From the NCBI RefSeq assembly GCF_051873555.1, contig NZ_JBJEEY010000050.1:1-13461 (forward strand): DNA of 13,461 bases, in the 5' to 3' direction. The notes under the pieces were generated by a model. It did no database searches. It was not told the DNA's origin and saw only the letters and a program-made list of their open reading frames with translations. The number at the start of each line of letters is the position of its first letter. Positions within the stretch are counted from its first letter, which is position 1. The stretch comes from Floccifex sp. GTDB taxonomy: Bacteria; Bacillota_I; Bacilli_A; Erysipelotrichales; Erysipelotrichaceae. Below are positions 12,448-13,461 of the stretch, one piece after another. Position numbers and translations under genes: made by a program.

Positions 12448-12828
12448 TCAGCTATTCTTTATAGCCTCATTTATCCTTTTGTCAATCATTTTTTTAATCT
12501 TATTTGCTTCTTTATTATCTTCACGATATATATCTGTGTTAAAAATAGTTTTTCTATCTGAAATAAATGCAGCTTTTACAGATCCGTCTTTTAATTCAAA
12601 TTTAAGACCAACATAAAATTGAGGTTCCATTATTGCGCATAGAACAGCAGTACCATACATAATTTGATGTGTAAATGGTTTTTTCTCATTTTTGAAAGTG
12701 GCTTGTTGATTTAGTATAGACACTTTTTTTATGTCAGCATAATCTATCGAGCATTGATTTCCAATTAAAATAGATATTTTTTTATTATTATCGTCAAATT
12801 CAACACATTTAAATTTGTTTTTAGTCAT
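12448..12828 (-). CDS. Hypothetical cytoplasmic protein (126 aa), family not recognised
   Basis: A strong SD (AGGAGGT) lies 7 nt upstream of the ATG. The ORF is clean with no signal peptide or TM helix, and has a Lys-rich helical C-terminus. A candidate promoter on the minus strand is TTGAAA (12873-12878), 17 nt, TATTAA (12850-12855). Confidence 0.75.
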   Translation of the reverse strand: MTKNKFKCVEFDDNNKKISILIGNQCSIDYADIKKVSILNQQATFKNEKKPFTHQIMYGTAVLCAIMEPQFYVGLKFELKDGSVKAAFISDRKTIFNTDIYREDNKEANKIKKMIDKRINEAIKNS

Positions 12829-12994
12829 ATATACCTCCTAAATATTATTTTAATAATTGGTTAGAAATGTAATTTCAAATGTTATATTCAATATTATCTT
12901 AACATAGCTCATTATTAGCAAAAAAGCTGAATCACTCAAAATCGGTATGAATTTTACTGATGACGGGAAGAAACATACAATGGAAAACTGCTAA

Positions 12995-13400
12995 AAAAAG
13001 AGTATAGAAATTGACAGACTGATTGAGAAGACACAGGAATTAAGAGGATACCATGCAAAAAAGAGCGAATATGAAGAATACGCCAAATATAAGTATAAAG
13101 GCCGAAAATGATGGAAATATCGAAACAGAAATAAATTATGATGTAATAGGCAGAGATAAATCCCTGACTGGATATAATAGAATCGTTATACCTAAATCAT
13201 GATGGATGTAAAGAATATATAGCATATATCATAATCTGTGGAGGATAGATGAAAAACTGAAATTCCAACCAAAATAATTATTTGTATATGTTAAGCAAAT
13301 AAATGATGCATATTCGCCGATTTTTACGATGAGTTAGCATATTATTTAGATATTCAACTTATTTAGCCAGATTACATGCTTCTTTTTATTGTGTCTATAA
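12995..13400 (+). pseudogene. Decayed C-terminal remnant of an IS4/IS1634-like (DDE_Tnp_1) transposase
   Basis: The conceptual translation reads KKSIEIDRLIEKTQELRGYHAKKSEYEEYAKYKYKGRK / DGNIETEINYDVIGRDKSLTGYNRIVIPKS*WM*RIYSIYHNLWRIDEKLKFQPK*LFVYVKQINDAYSPIFTMS*... It matches the conserved ...DGYY.IvTSe...ii..Y..LW.IEEsFr..K...I.aHF..cF.al block of this family. There is one frameshift near 13110 and six in-frame stops between 13200 and 13400. The N-terminal roughly 70% of the gene is absent. Confidence 0.5.
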
Positions 13401-13401
13401 T

Positions 13402-13461
13402 TTATTGTGCTTTCTGTTTTTCTTCAAAATAAGAACCACGTTCAAACTGAACCGGATGATC
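13402..13461 (-). CDS. 3' end (19 codons) of a gene continuing beyond the window
   Basis: The minus-strand frame reads DHPVQFERGSYFEEKQKAQ* with a TAA at 13402-13404. It is open to the window edge but too short to identify. Confidence 0.25.
   Translation of the reverse strand, partial: DHPVQFERGSYFEEKQKAQ

Noticed and set aside
10830-13400. Stop-codon reassignment (TGA to Trp, or TAG to Gln) as an explanation for the long ORF-free stretches.
   Set aside because: All well-supported genes terminate with TAA or TGA under the standard code. The interrupted frames contain all three stop codons, so no single reassignment restores an ORF.
1-13461. CRISPR arrays, rRNA genes and tRNA genes.
   Set aside because: There are no regularly spaced repeats of 24-40 bp with unique spacers. 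No rRNA-like conserved blocks and no cloverleaf-compatible GC-rich segments were seen on either strand.

Overview
Low-GC (about 30%), Firmicutes-like accessory DNA made of at least three juxtaposed modules. All protein calls rest on motifs read by eye, with no database search.

(1) 15-5040: a short tyrosine recombinase on the minus strand sits back to back, with only a 45-bp gap, against a translationally coupled plus-strand operon. The operon encodes a protein with CBM5/12-like repeats, a Phage_holin_4_1-type holin, and an M23/LAS-type Zn-peptidase endolysin. These are followed by four small phage fibre-like proteins that share shuffled N- and C-terminal modules, a 51-aa Cys-rich ORF, and a strong terminator.

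(2) About 5041-10980: a compact integrative-mobilizable-element-like module. It carries a large XRE-family regulator (minus strand) facing a near-consensus promoter buried in a four-half-site operator array. Downstream are an Xis-like ORF, a winged-helix Rep-like ORF, a second tyrosine integrase with an arm-binding N-terminus, and a putative RHH accessory protein. A pMV158-like oriT with overlapping hairpins and a MobV (Mob_Pre) relaxase complete it.

(3) 10830-13461: decayed, AT-rich DNA. It holds a 0.8-kb ORF-free stretch with phased repeats, a convergent pair of orphan genes (a secreted 165-aa protein and a cytoplasmic 126-aa protein) separated by stacked terminators, a nonsense-riddled IS4/IS1634-like transposase remnant, and the last 19 codons of a minus-strand gene.

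No rRNA, tRNA or CRISPR array was seen, and the standard genetic code fits.

The most unusual points are:
- the lysis cassette placed upstream of, and coupled to, module-shuffled fibre-like genes with no virion genes nearby;
- the XRE regulator with a roughly 270-aa uncharacterised C-terminal domain, which may be leaderless;
- the orphan cargo gene pair.
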